64,000 nt of DNA from Methanobacteriota archaeon (GTDB lineage: Archaea; Thermoplasmatota; Thermoplasmata; RBG-16-68-12): positions 36,868 to 100,867 of the forward strand of contig CAMTUI010000018.1 in NCBI GenBank assembly GCA_947084985.1, read 5' to 3'. The stretch's first letter is position 1. Every line of letters starts with the position of its first letter. A program made the translations under genes and the position numbers. The notes beneath the pieces are model-generated. The model was not told the origin of the DNA. It did not search any database and was given only the letters and a program-made list of their open reading frames with translations. Shown here piece after piece: positions 17,594 to 27,922 of this stretch.

Positions 17594-18075
17594 AGGTAGA
17601 GCAGGTATGCGAGGGAGTCCATCCGGTCCCGCGGCGGCGCGTACGCGTCGAGCCGCAAGCCGCGTGCGTTCGCGAGCTTCGGGACGATCAGGCGCGTGAA
17701 CGGCGCGGAGTCCTCTGAGGACCTCAACTCCTCGAGAGGGACGAACGCGGTCTCGCTCACCTCCTGGTCGTCCGGTCGCGGTTCCCCCGACTCGTACGTC
17801 ATCGAGAAGACGATGAACGTGTCGTTCACGTTCTCCGTCACCCGGTTTCGGACCGCGAGGACGGCCGTCGGCTCGCCGATCACGCCGGTCTCCTCGCGCA
17901 CCTCCCGCCGCAAGGTCTCCACGACCGACTCGCGCGGCTCCACGTAACCGGAGGGGATCGTCCAGAGCCCCTTCCACGGACCATACGTCTTGCGCACGAC
18001 GAGGAGGGACTCGTCCCGGACGAGGTACGCGCCCACGCCGACGGTGATCGGGAGGGTCGCGACGTTGAGGGCCAT
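17590..18075 (-). CDS. NUDIX hydrolase
   Basis: NUDIX box 'GYVEPRESVVETLRREVREETGV'. 161 aa. Confidence 0.85.
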   Translation of the reverse strand: MALNVATLPITVGVGAYLVRDESLLVVRKTYGPWKGLWTIPSGYVEPRESVVETLRREVREETGVIGEPTAVLAVRNRVTENVNDTFIVFSMTYESGEPRPDDQEVSETAFVPLEELRSSEDSAPFTRLIVPKLANARGLRLDAYAPPRDRMDSLAYLLYL

Positions 18076-18146
18076 AAGTCCCTCATGGCTTTCGAAAGAG
18101 ATGGCTTTTATCCCCGCCCCGTTTCCCCCGGAGCCTCGGTGGGATC

Positions 18147-19955
18147 ATGGGGAGAAAGACGTCGTTCACGCCTCGGCGGTTTCTGCCGAAGATCTGGCAG
18201 GTCGGGAACTTCGACCTCTCGCCGGACGGCCGTCTCCTCGCATACTCAGCGAACAAGGGCGAGCAGTGGACCGTCTACGTGCGCGATCTGAAGACGGGAC
18301 AAGAGAAGGTCTTGATGAAAACTGAGCAGTCCGTCCTCAACCCCCAGTTCTCGCCGGATAGTCGATGGATCGCCATCCAATCGGATTTCGATGGGAACGA
18401 GAACTACGACATCTACATCGTATCGTCGAAAGGTGGCGACCCGCGGCGGCTCACAGACCATCCGATGGACGACAAGTCGCCTCGGTGGTCCCCGGACGGG
18501 CGACAAATCGCATTCCTCTCGAATCGGGATCGGGATCGCGAGAACCTCTTCGTCGTAGACGGGGCCGGTGGTCCCGCGAGGCAGCTCACGTCCTTTGATG
18601 ACATCGTCCACGAGTTCGCTTGGCGGCCCGAAGGGAATGCAATCGCTTTCTCCGTAGGGCCATGGAACCTCGACTGGATCGGCCTCGTCGACCTCGGAGG
18701 GCGCGTGGAGCGCCTCGTGGGCTTTCCCGATGCGGAAGCCCATCTTGCAGGGGACTATGGCCACCCGTACCCGTGGTCCCCCGACGGGCGGCGGATTGCC
18801 TTCGTTTCGAGCGTCCACGACCATACCGACATAGGCGTGCTCGACCTGGAGACACGCGCGATCCGGTGGCTCGTCGAAAACCGCTGGGACAAACTCCGGC
18901 CCGTCTGGTCCCCGGATGGCAAGCGCATCGCGTTCCTCGAGAACCACGACGGCAACATCCGGCTCAAGACCGTCTCGTCCACCAGGCGCGAGGTGAAAGC
19001 GGTCTCTCCCGCCGAGGGCGTCGCGACGCGGGCCCGATGGCACCCGGATGGGAAGGGGCTGTTTTACCTCTACTCGACCGCCGTGCGGCCGCCCCGTTTC
19101 GTCCTGCTGCGGAGCGCGCGTCACACTGTTTTGCTCGACGCGGCACGGGCGAAGCTGCCCAAGGAGGAACTCGTTCCCGCGAGGATCATCCGATACCGAA
19201 GCTTCGACGGTCGGGAGATCCCGGCATGGCTCTACATGCCTCGGAAACGCCGCTACCGGAATGCCGCAATTGTGATCCCGCACGGAGGGCCCGAGAGCCA
19301 GACCCTGAACGAATGGGAGAGCGGCGATTACGCGCCGCAGTATCTCGTCGCGCGGGGCTTTGCGGTGCTCATGCCGAACTACCGAGGTGGCACGGGTTAT
19401 GGTCGCGCGTGGCGGAAGAGCAGCGATCGCGACCTCGGAGGTGCGGACATGGAGGACATCATCGCAGGCGGCCGGTGGCTCCTCGAGCAGGGAATTTGCC
19501 CGCCCGGGCGCCTTGGCATTCTGGGCATGAGCTACGGCGGCTATGCAGTCGCACATTGCCTGGAGAAGGCCCCTGAGCTTTGGGTGGCCGCGGTGAGCAT
19601 TTTCGGCTTCTTCGATTGGCTCGTCTCTGCGAAAGAGGAGCGTGGGTACCTCGCGCTCTATGATCATTGGAAGATGGGAGACTATGAGACCGAGCCGGAA
19701 CACTTCCGGATGTACTCCCCCGTACGCTACGTCGAGAAAATCCGTGCGCCGGTCCTCTTCATCGGCGGAGCAAACGACCCGCGGTGCCCCGCCACGGATG
19801 TCCGTCAGATGGTGGACGCGATGCGCAAGGCGGGAAAAGTCATGGACTACCTCGAATTTCCCGATGAGGGTCACTGGCCTCGGAAGAAGACGAACGAAAT
19901 CCGTCTCCTCGAGCGCGCAACGGATTGGTTGAATCGGTACCTGCCCGACGCCTAA
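18147..19955 (+). CDS. S9-family serine peptidase (prolyl oligopeptidase / acylaminoacyl-peptidase type) with N-terminal beta-propeller
   Basis: Repeated 'SPDGR..A' propeller motifs and the nucleophile motif 'GMSYGGY'. 602 aa. Confidence 0.88.
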   Translation: MGRKTSFTPRRFLPKIWQVGNFDLSPDGRLLAYSANKGEQWTVYVRDLKTGQEKVLMKTEQSVLNPQFSPDSRWIAIQSDFDGNENYDIYIVSSKGGDPRRLTDHPMDDKSPRWSPDGRQIAFLSNRDRDRENLFVVDGAGGPARQLTSFDDIVHEFAWRPEGNAIAFSVGPWNLDWIGLVDLGGRVERLVGFPDAEAHLAGDYGHPYPWSPDGRRIAFVSSVHDHTDIGVLDLETRAIRWLVENRWDKLRPVWSPDGKRIAFLENHDGNIRLKTVSSTRREVKAVSPAEGVATRARWHPDGKGLFYLYSTAVRPPRFVLLRSARHTVLLDAARAKLPKEELVPARIIRYRSFDGREIPAWLYMPRKRRYRNAAIVIPHGGPESQTLNEWESGDYAPQYLVARGFAVLMPNYRGGTGYGRAWRKSSDRDLGGADMEDIIAGGRWLLEQGICPPGRLGILGMSYGGYAVAHCLEKAPELWVAAVSIFGFFDWLVSAKEERGYLALYDHWKMGDYETEPEHFRMYSPVRYVEKIRAPVLFIGGANDPRCPATDVRQMVDAMRKAGKVMDYLEFPDEGHWPRKKTNEIRLLERATDWLNRYLPDA

Positions 19956-21041
19956 TCACACGAGCGCCCGGACGGCCTCGAGGAAGCGGTCAATCACGTC
20001 GGGTTCTGCCTGAGTGCCCATCGTCCCGATCCGGATCGTCTTTCCACGGAGCGGGCCGAGGCCGCCCGAGATGTAGATGTTGTGGTCGAGCCGCAGGCGC
20101 TTCACGAGCGGGTTCGCGTCGACCCCCGGGGGCGGCGTCGCGCAGGCCACCGTGTTCGACCGCAGGTCTGGCGGCCCGAGCGGCGAGAAGCCCAAGTCGA
20201 CGAGGCCGTCCCGCAGCCGGGCGGCCATCTTCTCGTGGCGGGCGATGCGGGCGTCCAGGCCCTCCTCCTTGACGAGCTGCAGGCTGCGTAGGAACGCGTA
20301 GAAGAGGTTCGAGGAGATCGTCGTCGGGGTGGGATGCCACTCGCCCCACTCCGCCTCGAAGCGGGCCCAGTTATAGAGGTTCAGGTACCACCCGTTCACG
20401 TCCTCGGGGCGCGTCGACGCCCAGAGGGAACGACCGACGGCGATCGGGGCGATCCCCGCCGGCCCTGCAAGGCATTTCTGGGATGCGCTGAACGCCGCAT
20501 CGATTCCGAGATCCTCGAACGGGAGGGGAAGTCCGCCGAGGGACGAGACCGCGTCGACCAAGACGGAGGCGTCGACCGCGTGGGCCGCCTCGGCAATCTC
20601 CGGGAGCGGGTTCGTGATGCCCGTCGACGTCTCGTTGTGCACGACCGCGACGGCCTTCGCCGGCTGCCGCAAGGCCGCACGGAGACCCGCGACATCGGGA
20701 CCTTCGCCCCATTCAGACGCGACAATCTCCGCCTTCACGCGATGGGTGAGGAACACCTCGTGGACGCGCTCACCGAAAAATCCGTTCGACACGACGACGA
20801 CCCGATCCCCAGGGCGCAGGAACGTGTACGCGAGGGCCTCGAGAGCCGCATGGCCCGGACCCGCGACCGGGAAGACGCGAGCATTGGGCGCGGCCCACAG
20901 ATACCGCAAGAGGGCCTGCATCTCGTGATACGCCTTGACCCACGCGTCGCCATAGTGGGGCATCGCGGGTTTCGCGAATTCCTCCGAGACTCGGGGATGG
21001 AGCGGGACCGGCCCCGGAATCAGCAGGAGCGCCGGTTCCAT
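19956..21041 (-). CDS. Class V PLP-dependent aminotransferase (serine-pyruvate / alanine-glyoxylate type)
   Basis: 'LLIPGPVPL' and 'FSASQKCLAGPAG' (PLP Lys). 361 aa. Confidence 0.85.
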   Translation of the reverse strand: MEPALLLIPGPVPLHPRVSEEFAKPAMPHYGDAWVKAYHEMQALLRYLWAAPNARVFPVAGPGHAALEALAYTFLRPGDRVVVVSNGFFGERVHEVFLTHRVKAEIVASEWGEGPDVAGLRAALRQPAKAVAVVHNETSTGITNPLPEIAEAAHAVDASVLVDAVSSLGGLPLPFEDLGIDAAFSASQKCLAGPAGIAPIAVGRSLWASTRPEDVNGWYLNLYNWARFEAEWGEWHPTPTTISSNLFYAFLRSLQLVKEEGLDARIARHEKMAARLRDGLVDLGFSPLGPPDLRSNTVACATPPPGVDANPLVKRLRLDHNIYISGGLGPLRGKTIRIGTMGTQAEPDVIDRFLEAVRALV

Positions 21042-21109
21042 GGAACCGTCCCAACTATGGGCCGAGCGCTACTTCAAGCTGTCCCGACACACGTTGACAC
21101 GGTGCGCGC

Positions 21110-22087
21110 TCAGTCGCGGATTCCGTCTTCCGAGACGCTGAACACGGCTTCCGCCTCTGGGAGATTCGGCGAATCGATCAGCCGCGCGATTCGCTTGCCG
21201 CCCTTCGACTTCCGCAGGTACACGCGGAAGGTCGCGCTGTGGCCCACGATGTGCCCTCCCACAGGTCGCGTCGGATCCCCGAAGAAGGCGTCGGGTTTCG
21301 CGTGCACTTGATTCGTGACATAGATCACCGCATTGTGGATGTCCCCGAAGCGCATGAGTTCGTGGATATGCTTGTTCAGCAGTTGCTGACGTTCTGCGAG
21401 CACGCCTCGGCCGATGTACTCGGCGCGGAAGTGCGCGGTGAGCGAGTCGATGACGATGAGCCGGATCGGGAAATCCTGCGCCAGATCGTTCGCCTTCTCG
21501 ACGAGCAGCATCTGATGGTGGCTGTTGAACGCCCGCGCGACATGGATATGTTTCAGGATCTCGTCCGCATCGATGCCCAGCGCCTCCGCCATCTGCCGAA
21601 TCCGCTCAGGGCGGAACGTGTGTTCCGTATCGATCCAAACGGTGTCCCCACCCAGGCCCCCGTCCTCCTCTGGCCTCGTGACGTTCACGGCGAGCTGATG
21701 CGCAAGCTGGCTCTTTCCGCTGCCAAATTCACCATAGCACTCCGTGATCGCCTGTGTCTCCAGTCCGCCGCCCAGCAGTTCATCCAAGGCCTTTGACAAC
21801 GTCGTGAGCTTCGCGACGGACTTCCGTCGTTCGAGGATCACGTCCCCGGTCTCGAACCCGCCGATGTCGACCGCCTCGCGGGCCGCGATGATGATCTTCT
21901 GCGCCACATTCGACCCGAGCTCCGCCGCGTCGGCAATCATCTGCGGCGAGGCGACGGCGAGGGCCATGAGATCCGTGAACCCCGCCTCCCTCAGCTTCTC
22001 CGCTGTCGCGGGGCCCACTCCCGGGAGTTCCTCGATGGCTTTGACTGCTACGGCCACCTTGTCACCTTTCTTCTCATCCCGCCCCAT
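21110..22087 (-). CDS. radA: DNA repair and recombination protein RadA
   Basis: HhH '[17 protein letters not shown]', Walker A '[10 protein letters not shown]' and '[18 protein letters not shown]'. A TATA-like CTTTATGT abuts ATG 22087, so GTG 22057 (codon 11) is an alternative leaderless start. Confidence 0.95.
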   Translation of the reverse strand: MGRDEKKGDKVAVAVKAIEELPGVGPATAEKLREAGFTDLMALAVASPQMIADAAELGSNVAQKIIIAAREAVDIGGFETGDVILERRKSVAKLTTLSKALDELLGGGLETQAITECYGEFGSGKSQLAHQLAVNVTRPEEDGGLGGDTVWIDTEHTFRPERIRQMAEALGIDADEILKHIHVARAFNSHHQMLLVEKANDLAQDFPIRLIVIDSLTAHFRAEYIGRGVLAERQQLLNKHIHELMRFGDIHNAVIYVTNQVHAKPDAFFGDPTRPVGGHIVGHSATFRVYLRKSKGGKRIARLIDSPNLPEAEAVFSVSEDGIRD

Positions 22088-22197
22088 ACATAAAGCGGTA
22101 ACACGGGGAGGTGTGTGAAACTATCGTTTTCCTTGAGGCCGCGGAATCGCAAGGGCGAGACACCTTTTTCCACTCCATCGCATTGTGGCGGCTTGCC

Positions 22198-22959
22198 ATG
22201 CCTCCGCGGCTTTCGTTCGACCACGTCGCTCCTATCTACGACGAAACGCGCGGTTTCACCCCGCGCGTGATGCCCCGCCTCCTCGCGGTCCTCGTCGACC
22301 AGCTCCAGGGGAAGAGGGTCTTGGAGGTCGGGGTGGGCACGGGTCGGTACGCCGTGCCCCTCCAGAAGAGCGGGATTCGAGTCGTCGGCATCGACATCTC
22401 CCGCAAAATGGTCGAAGTCGGTCTGGCGAAAGGGCTGCGCGAAGTCGTTTTCGCGGACGGCGCGAGGCTCCCGATCGCCTCGAAATCCTTCGACGTCGCG
22501 ATGACGATCCATGTGCTCCACCTCATTCCAGACTGGCGGGACGTCCTCATCGAGATCGCGCGCGTCACGCGGGAGAACTACATGACGATCGTGGAGCGCA
22601 CGTATCGGGCGGACAGCATCAAACGGGAGTACGACCGGCTGGTCCGCGAGGCCGGATATTCGTGGACCGCGCCGGGTCTCCATGAGCGGGACATGCCCGA
22701 CCTCGTCCGGCCGGAGATCGTCATGCCTGTGGGCCCATTCCAGGAGACCGTCCTCGCGGACGCGATCATCGCGGAACTCGACGGCCGATCGTACAGCTCC
22801 CAGTGGGCGGTGCCGGAGGAAATCCACCGGAGCGCGATCAGCGCGCTCCGACACGAGTGGGGCGGGAAGGAACTCCACCGTTCGCACGGCCTCGAGGTCC
22901 TCTTCTGGCAGGTCGACCGGCTTCCAGAGATCGCAAGGTCGGCGCCTCAGAAGTCTTGA
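22198..22959 (+). CDS. Class I SAM-dependent methyltransferase
   Basis: 'VLEVGVGTGRYAVPL'. The start is taken at ATG 22198 (MPPRLSFDHVAPIYDE) within track ORF 22111..22959. Confidence 0.8.
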   Translation: MPPRLSFDHVAPIYDETRGFTPRVMPRLLAVLVDQLQGKRVLEVGVGTGRYAVPLQKSGIRVVGIDISRKMVEVGLAKGLREVVFADGARLPIASKSFDVAMTIHVLHLIPDWRDVLIEIARVTRENYMTIVERTYRADSIKREYDRLVREAGYSWTAPGLHERDMPDLVRPEIVMPVGPFQETVLADAIIAELDGRSYSSQWAVPEEIHRSAISALRHEWGGKELHRSHGLEVLFWQVDRLPEIARSAPQKS

Positions 22960-23726
22960 GGCGCGCCCGCGAACGCGACGAGGGCCTCCCGCTCGAGGAA
23001 GTGCAATTCGCCCGGGACGACAAGGCAGTGCAGCGGGGGTCCGAGGTCCTTCGAGGCGAGGTCCCCGATCGCCCCCGCGACGCACCGTACCGCGGAGGAG
23101 CCGACGCGGCTCAGCGCGCAGGCGAGAGTCCGCGGCCCGAACTCCTTCGTCCGTGCGATTTCAGCCATCCGGAGCAAGGCGCGGATCGCGTCGTTCGGCG
23201 CGAGGAACGTCCCATCCTCCCGGAGATCCAGGAGGACAAGCGTGTGGAGCCCCATTTTCCGATTCTCGAGGATCACGTCGAGAGGGCTCGTCGGTTCGAA
23301 CCCGGGGGCGGGGAAGGGCACGGTCGTCGTGCGACCGAACTTGTACGCTTGGAGGCCGAGGGCGCCCGCGGCCGCGCCGAGGATCGAGACGCCGTGGACG
23401 ATCCGCGTCGGGATGTTCGCCGCCGCGGCCCGGAGCCGGAGGTCCACGTGGGTCGTTGCGATCATTGGGTCGCCGCCGACGAGCAGGCCCACCTTCTGGA
23501 CCGACGCGGCACGCAGGATCGCATCTCCGCGTTCCACATCGTCGCGACCGAGCCGCTGGATCGTCTTGCCGACGAGGCGCTCGAGGGCCTCGATAGAAGT
23601 GCCCGGCATCGCGGACGTGTAGAGTTCCGCGAATAACGCGTCGCACGAACGAGCCTCTTCCAGCCCGCGCAGGGTGAGTCCCTTCTCATCGTGCAAGCCA
23701 AGGCCGATGAACACGAGCTCGCCCAT
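22947..23726 (-). CDS. dph5: Diphthine synthase
   Basis: 'MGELVFIGLGLHDEKGLTLRGLEEARSCD' and 'LVGGDPMIATTH'. 259 aa. Confidence 0.92.
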   Translation of the reverse strand: MGELVFIGLGLHDEKGLTLRGLEEARSCDALFAELYTSAMPGTSIEALERLVGKTIQRLGRDDVERGDAILRAASVQKVGLLVGGDPMIATTHVDLRLRAAAANIPTRIVHGVSILGAAAGALGLQAYKFGRTTTVPFPAPGFEPTSPLDVILENRKMGLHTLVLLDLREDGTFLAPNDAIRALLRMAEIARTKEFGPRTLACALSRVGSSAVRCVAGAIGDLASKDLGPPLHCLVVPGELHFLEREALVAFAGAPQDF

Positions 23727-23763
23727 GTCGCCGCGAACCCGATGCGGACGAATGAAGGTTGGC

Positions 23764-24405
23764 CTAGAGGAGATGCTCGATGGCCAACAACGCGGCGAAG
23801 GTCAGGACGGCCACGACAGTCATCCGGATGGCCTTCCTCCAGGGCCGCCGACCCGTGAGCTTGCCGAGGTAGTAACCGGCGGCGAGGATGATGCACAGGG
23901 CCAGCGTACTCGAGACCGCGGAGGCGAGGACGAAGTCCGAGAGGATCCGGGCCTGGTACGCGAGGATCGGAATCGTTGTGACGAGGGCCACAAAGATAGG
24001 GGCGAGGAAGTTGACGCCTGCGGTCGCGAACCGGGAGGCGCGGATGCGACGCGCGATCTGCGTGTCGCGCATCGAGGAGAGCATGGCCCGTTCGAGGCGT
24101 CGGAGACGGATCTCCCCCTCCGTATGCTCGGCCTCGTAGACGCTCACGCCCGTCGAGATCCCGATCGCGAGGCTCGCCGCGACGATCGCGCTAATCGCGA
24201 ACTCCGCGTCGGGATTGGGCTCTGCCGTCGCCGCCGCCAAGATCCCGAGGACGACGAACGTGGAATCGAACAGCGTGTTCACGAAGTACCGGCGGAAGAG
24301 CTCAGCGGGGTCTAGGAATGACTTCGTGTGTTCGCCGGACCGGACCATTCGACTTCGACGGTGCCTAACGGGGGTGGGGATAAGACGGCTTCGAAAGTTC
24401 TTCAT
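23764..24405 (-). CDS. VIT1/CCC1-like (DUF125) membrane protein
   Basis: 213 aa, about 5 TM. 'NTLFDSTFVVLGILAA' and an acidic helix 'EAEHTEGEIRLRRLE'. The family call comes from motif memory only. Confidence 0.55.
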   Translation of the reverse strand: MKNFRSRLIPTPVRHRRSRMVRSGEHTKSFLDPAELFRRYFVNTLFDSTFVVLGILAAATAEPNPDAEFAISAIVAASLAIGISTGVSVYEAEHTEGEIRLRRLERAMLSSMRDTQIARRIRASRFATAGVNFLAPIFVALVTTIPILAYQARILSDFVLASAVSSTLALCIILAAGYYLGKLTGRRPWRKAIRMTVVAVLTFAALLAIEHLL

Positions 24406-24428
24406 AACACGTTCGGCTTCGAGGGGCG

Positions 24429-25439
24429 ATGCGCGCCTGGTGCGTCGTCGTGCCCCGCGCGGACGGGGAGCGCGTCCGCGGCATGCTGAAGGAGCGAGGC
24501 GTGCTCCACAAGCAGCTGCGAATCCGGCATGAGGACGGCACGCTGTACATCCCGACCTCCGAACGCGTCGACATCGGCTTTCCGACGGAGGAGCGGGAGT
24601 TCGAGGAGGGCTTCAGCCCAATCCGAAGCTACAAGGACGTCGTCCGGGTACCCGCCTCGGTCCGACGATCCCTGCCGAGATCCTTCGACGTGGTCGGGGA
24701 CATCGCGGTCATCAAGATCCCGGAGGACCTAGAACCGCACCGGGCCGCTATCGCGGAGGCGATCCTGCAGTGGAACCGCAAGATTCGCGTGGTCGTACAG
24801 GATCGAGGTGTGACAGGAGCCCTCCGCGTGCGCCGCGTCGAGGTGATCGGCGGCGATTCGCGCACGACGACGACACATGTCGAGCACGGCCTCCGATATC
24901 GCGTCGACCTGGCCCATGCGTACTTCAGCCCGAGGCTCGCGACGGAACGGAGGCGTATCGCGGACCGCGTCCGCCCGAGAGAGATCGTGGCGGACCCGTT
25001 CGCGGGCGTGGGCCCATACGCGATCCTCATCGCTCGGCGCTCTCGGCCATCGAAGGTGTACGCATCGGATGCGAACCCCCTGGCGGTCGAGTTGCTCCGG
25101 GCGAACGTCGCCGGGAACCGCGCCAACGCGGTCGACGTGCGGGAAGGAGACGCACGGCGCACCTTGGAGGCCATCGCGCCTGTGAACCGCGTCATCCTGG
25201 ACCTCCCGCACTCCGCCGAGGGATTCCTGCCAGACGCCCTGCGCGCCCTGGGCCCAGGTGGCGACGTGCACCTGTACCGGATCCTGGAACGCGCGGACGA
25301 AGAGGACGCGGTCGAAGGGATACGACAGGCGATCTCCCGCGAGGGGTTCGCGGTGCGATACATGGCCTTGCGTCACGTGCGGGCGTATTCCCCGACCCAG
25401 AACCACGTCGCCGTGGACCTCACGGTCGCTCGAGCGTGA
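24429..25439 (+). CDS. trm5: tRNA (guanine37-N1)-methyltransferase Trm5 / Met-10 family
   Basis: 'HGLRYRVDLAHAYFSPRLATERRRIA', 'VADPFAGVGPYAI' and 'DLPHSA'. 336 aa. Confidence 0.88.
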   Translation: MRAWCVVVPRADGERVRGMLKERGVLHKQLRIRHEDGTLYIPTSERVDIGFPTEEREFEEGFSPIRSYKDVVRVPASVRRSLPRSFDVVGDIAVIKIPEDLEPHRAAIAEAILQWNRKIRVVVQDRGVTGALRVRRVEVIGGDSRTTTTHVEHGLRYRVDLAHAYFSPRLATERRRIADRVRPREIVADPFAGVGPYAILIARRSRPSKVYASDANPLAVELLRANVAGNRANAVDVREGDARRTLEAIAPVNRVILDLPHSAEGFLPDALRALGPGGDVHLYRILERADEEDAVEGIRQAISREGFAVRYMALRHVRAYSPTQNHVAVDLTVARA

Positions 25440-25926
25440 CGCCCCTCTGGCCCTGGTAGGTCCCCGATCGCTTGTCGTACGTTTCCGAGGCGGGCGACTC
25501 CAGCGTGAGGAACACGACCTGCGCGAACCGCTCCCTGAGGGGGAGATCGAGCGGCTCTGCGGACGCGTTCATCGCGCCGAACGTCAGGGTGCCGGAGAAC
25601 CCGGCGTCGATCATCCCGAAGGACGCGATCACACCACGCCGCGCCCAGGTCGTCCGGAGCCAGATCTGGCCGGCGACATGCCGCCCGAGTCGGATCGTCT
25701 CGCGCGTGCTCACGGCGAAGCGGCTCATCGGCGGCACGCGCGCGATGCCCGAGGCAACCCGCTCACCCGACGCCGGGAACAGGACTTCCTCCGCGGAGAC
25801 GTCGTAGCCATTCGGGGTGAGTTGGCGCTCGTCGAAGGGCTCGATGGACAGCTCCCCCTTCGCTCGGTAGCGACGGATGTCCGCGTCGGATAGGAGCCCC
25901 ACGCGGCCGTCGTATCCGGAGAGCAT
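25420..25926 (-). CDS. dcd: dCTP deaminase family protein
   Basis: 'LLSDADIRRY', 'LTPNGYDV' and 'GMIDAGFSG'. GTG 25902 is an alternative leaderless start, because an AT box (25928-25940) abuts ATG 25926. Confidence 0.85.
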   Translation of the reverse strand: MLSGYDGRVGLLSDADIRRYRAKGELSIEPFDERQLTPNGYDVSAEEVLFPASGERVASGIARVPPMSRFAVSTRETIRLGRHVAGQIWLRTTWARRGVIASFGMIDAGFSGTLTFGAMNASAEPLDLPLRERFAQVVFLTLESPASETYDKRSGTYQGQRGVTLERP

Positions 25927-25972
25927 GGATAATACTATCTTCCACGATCAACCGCGGAAGGCTCGACATAGA

Positions 25973-25980
25973 GTATTTAC
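25973..25980 (+). promoter_or_regulatory. TATA-like box (GTATTTAC) about 30 nt upstream of the small-ORF ATG at 26007
   Basis: AT-rich octamer in GC-rich DNA at canonical spacing from the start codon. Confidence 0.4.
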
Positions 25981-26006
25981 CCAGCGGTTTAGCACCGGGA
26001 GCAAAG

Positions 26007-26189
26007 ATGGGAGAGCCGGACATGTGCGCAATGGTCTTGGAATCGCCGAAACGCCCCGAGGGCTGCGAGCACTCGGAGACGGAGATCCTCGGGTTCGACG
26101 GGAACACGGAGTTCCTCCGCTGCCACGCCTGCGACCGGATCCTCGTGAGCCAGGCCGGCCGATTCTGGATCCTGCGCCCGAAGGCGTAG
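26007..26189 (+). CDS. Small (60-aa) Cys/His-containing protein, possibly a zinc ribbon
   Basis: 'C..(12)..CEH....CHAC' pattern. It has a properly spaced TATA-like box and fills an otherwise empty 350-bp gap. Confidence 0.4.
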   Translation: MGEPDMCAMVLESPKRPEGCEHSETEILGFDGNTEFLRCHACDRILVSQAGRFWILRPKA

Positions 26190-26235
26190 AGCCCTACGTC
26201 ACGTGGACGCGTCCGGCGGCATGCTACGTTCCCAA

Positions 26236-26245
26236 CCTTTAAGGG
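26236..26245 (+). promoter_or_regulatory. Palindromic TATA-like box CCTTTAAGGG upstream of the acyl-CoA dehydrogenase gene
   Basis: About 38 nt upstream of ATG 26278, with a GAGAGG Shine-Dalgarno-like element in between. Confidence 0.4.
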
Positions 26246-26277
26246 TGTCACGCATTTAGACGCCCGAGAGGCTGCCC

Positions 26278-27438
26278 ATGGACTTTCGGCTGACGGATGA
26301 GCAGAGGCTCATCCAGGAGACCGCGCGGGAGTTCGTCGACCGAGAACTCATCCCCCACGTCCGCGAGTGGGAGGAGAAGGGAGAGGTCCCGCGGTCCTTC
26401 TACGACAAGATGGCGAAGCTCGGGTTCCTCGGCGCTCCCATGCCGGAGAAATACGGCGGCGCGGGCATGGACTACGTGTCGTTCATGCTCCTCGTCGAGG
26501 AGATCAGCCGCGGCTCGTCGAGCGTGCGCACGACGGTGTCCGTGCAGACGTCCCTGTCCGAGACGTCCCTGCTGTGGTTCGCGAACGAGGAACAGAAGCG
26601 CACCTGGCTCGTGCCCCTGGCCAAGGGGGAGAAATTCGGCGCGTGGGCGCTGACAGAACCTGAGGCAGGCAGCGACGCGGCGAACCTCCAGACGACGGCC
26701 GCCATCGAGGGGGACGAGTGGGTCCTGAACGGGCAGAAGCGGTTCATCTCGAACGGCAGCATCTCGGACTTCATTCAGGTGTATGCGAGGGAGCCGGGCT
26801 CGAAGCGCCACGAAGGGATCTCCCTGTTCATGGTCCCGAAGGATGCGCCCGGGTTCAAGGTCACGCACGTCGAGACGAAGACGAAGCTCGGCCTGCGCGC
26901 AAGCCCCACCGCCGACCTGGCGTTCGAGGACTGCCGCATCCCGAAGGAGAACCTGATCGGGACCCCAGGCGACGGCTGGAACCAGGCGATGCGGACGTTG
27001 AACAGCGGGCGGATCGGAATCGCGGCCGGAGCGGTCGGCGTCGCGCGGGCGGCCCTCGAGGCGGCCGTGAAGTACGTCACGCAGCGGAAGGCGTTCGGCC
27101 GCCCGATCGGGGAATTCCAGCTGGTCCGCGAGATGATCGCACAGTCCGCGGTGGAGATCGACGCGGCGCGCCTCCTGACGCTTCGCGCGGCGCACCTGCG
27201 AGACCAGGGGCAGGACAACACCCTCGAGGTGTCTATGGCGAAGCTCTTCGGAGCGCAGATGGCCCAGCGCGTGACGGACTGGGCGATCCAGGTCCACGGC
27301 GGGTACGGATTCAGCGGGGACTTCGACGTCGAGCGGTACTATCGAGACGCGCGGATCCTCGGCCTGTACGAAGGGACGAACGAGATCCAGAAGCTAATCA
27401 TCGCGGAGCGGGTCCTCGGGCCCTCGACGAAAAAGTGA
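26278..27438 (+). CDS. Acyl-CoA dehydrogenase
   Basis: 386 aa. 'GAWALTEPEAGSDA', 'QFGRPIGEFQ' analogue 'AFGRPIGEFQLV', and 'YEGTNEIQ'. Confidence 0.93.
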   Translation: MDFRLTDEQRLIQETAREFVDRELIPHVREWEEKGEVPRSFYDKMAKLGFLGAPMPEKYGGAGMDYVSFMLLVEEISRGSSSVRTTVSVQTSLSETSLLWFANEEQKRTWLVPLAKGEKFGAWALTEPEAGSDAANLQTTAAIEGDEWVLNGQKRFISNGSISDFIQVYAREPGSKRHEGISLFMVPKDAPGFKVTHVETKTKLGLRASPTADLAFEDCRIPKENLIGTPGDGWNQAMRTLNSGRIGIAAGAVGVARAALEAAVKYVTQRKAFGRPIGEFQLVREMIAQSAVEIDAARLLTLRAAHLRDQGQDNTLEVSMAKLFGAQMAQRVTDWAIQVHGGYGFSGDFDVERYYRDARILGLYEGTNEIQKLIIAERVLGPSTKK

Positions 27439-27484
27439 GCCCGCCGCAACGTTGATTTCCCGCGCGGTCTTCGCGTGCGTCGGC

Positions 27485-27922
27485 GTGATCGCTTCCGATT
27501 GCATCTTCTGCAAGATCGTCCGCCGCGAGGCTCCCGCAAGCGTGATTAGTGAGGACGACCTGACGATGGCCATCCTGGACATTCGGCCGATCAACCCGGG
27601 ACACGCCCTCGTCGTCCCCAAGGTCCATTCGGCGGTCCTCGCGGATCTCCCGCCGGCCCTCGGAGGGAAGGTGTTCGAACGCGCGATGGCGGTCGCCTCG
27701 GCATTGCGGCGCAGCGGAATCCGCTGCGAAGCGGTCAACCTGCACCTGGCAGACGGAGAGGAGGCAGGACAGGAGGTCGACCACGTGCACATCCACGTAA
27801 TCCCGAGGTTTCGGGGTGACGGGTTCGGATTCCGCGCCGGGCCGGACTACGGGCGGATCGCCGAACGCGCGACGCTTGATGACCTCGCGGCGAAGGTGCG
27901 CGCCGTGATGCCGCATCAATGA
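27485..27922 (+). CDS. HIT-family nucleotide hydrolase/transferase
   Basis: 'CIFCKIV' and the histidine triad 'HVHIHVIPR'. The start is taken at GTG 27485 within track ORF 27452..27922. Confidence 0.88.
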   Translation: MIASDCIFCKIVRREAPASVISEDDLTMAILDIRPINPGHALVVPKVHSAVLADLPPALGGKVFERAMAVASALRRSGIRCEAVNLHLADGEEAGQEVDHVHIHVIPRFRGDGFGFRAGPDYGRIAERATLDDLAAKVRAVMPHQ

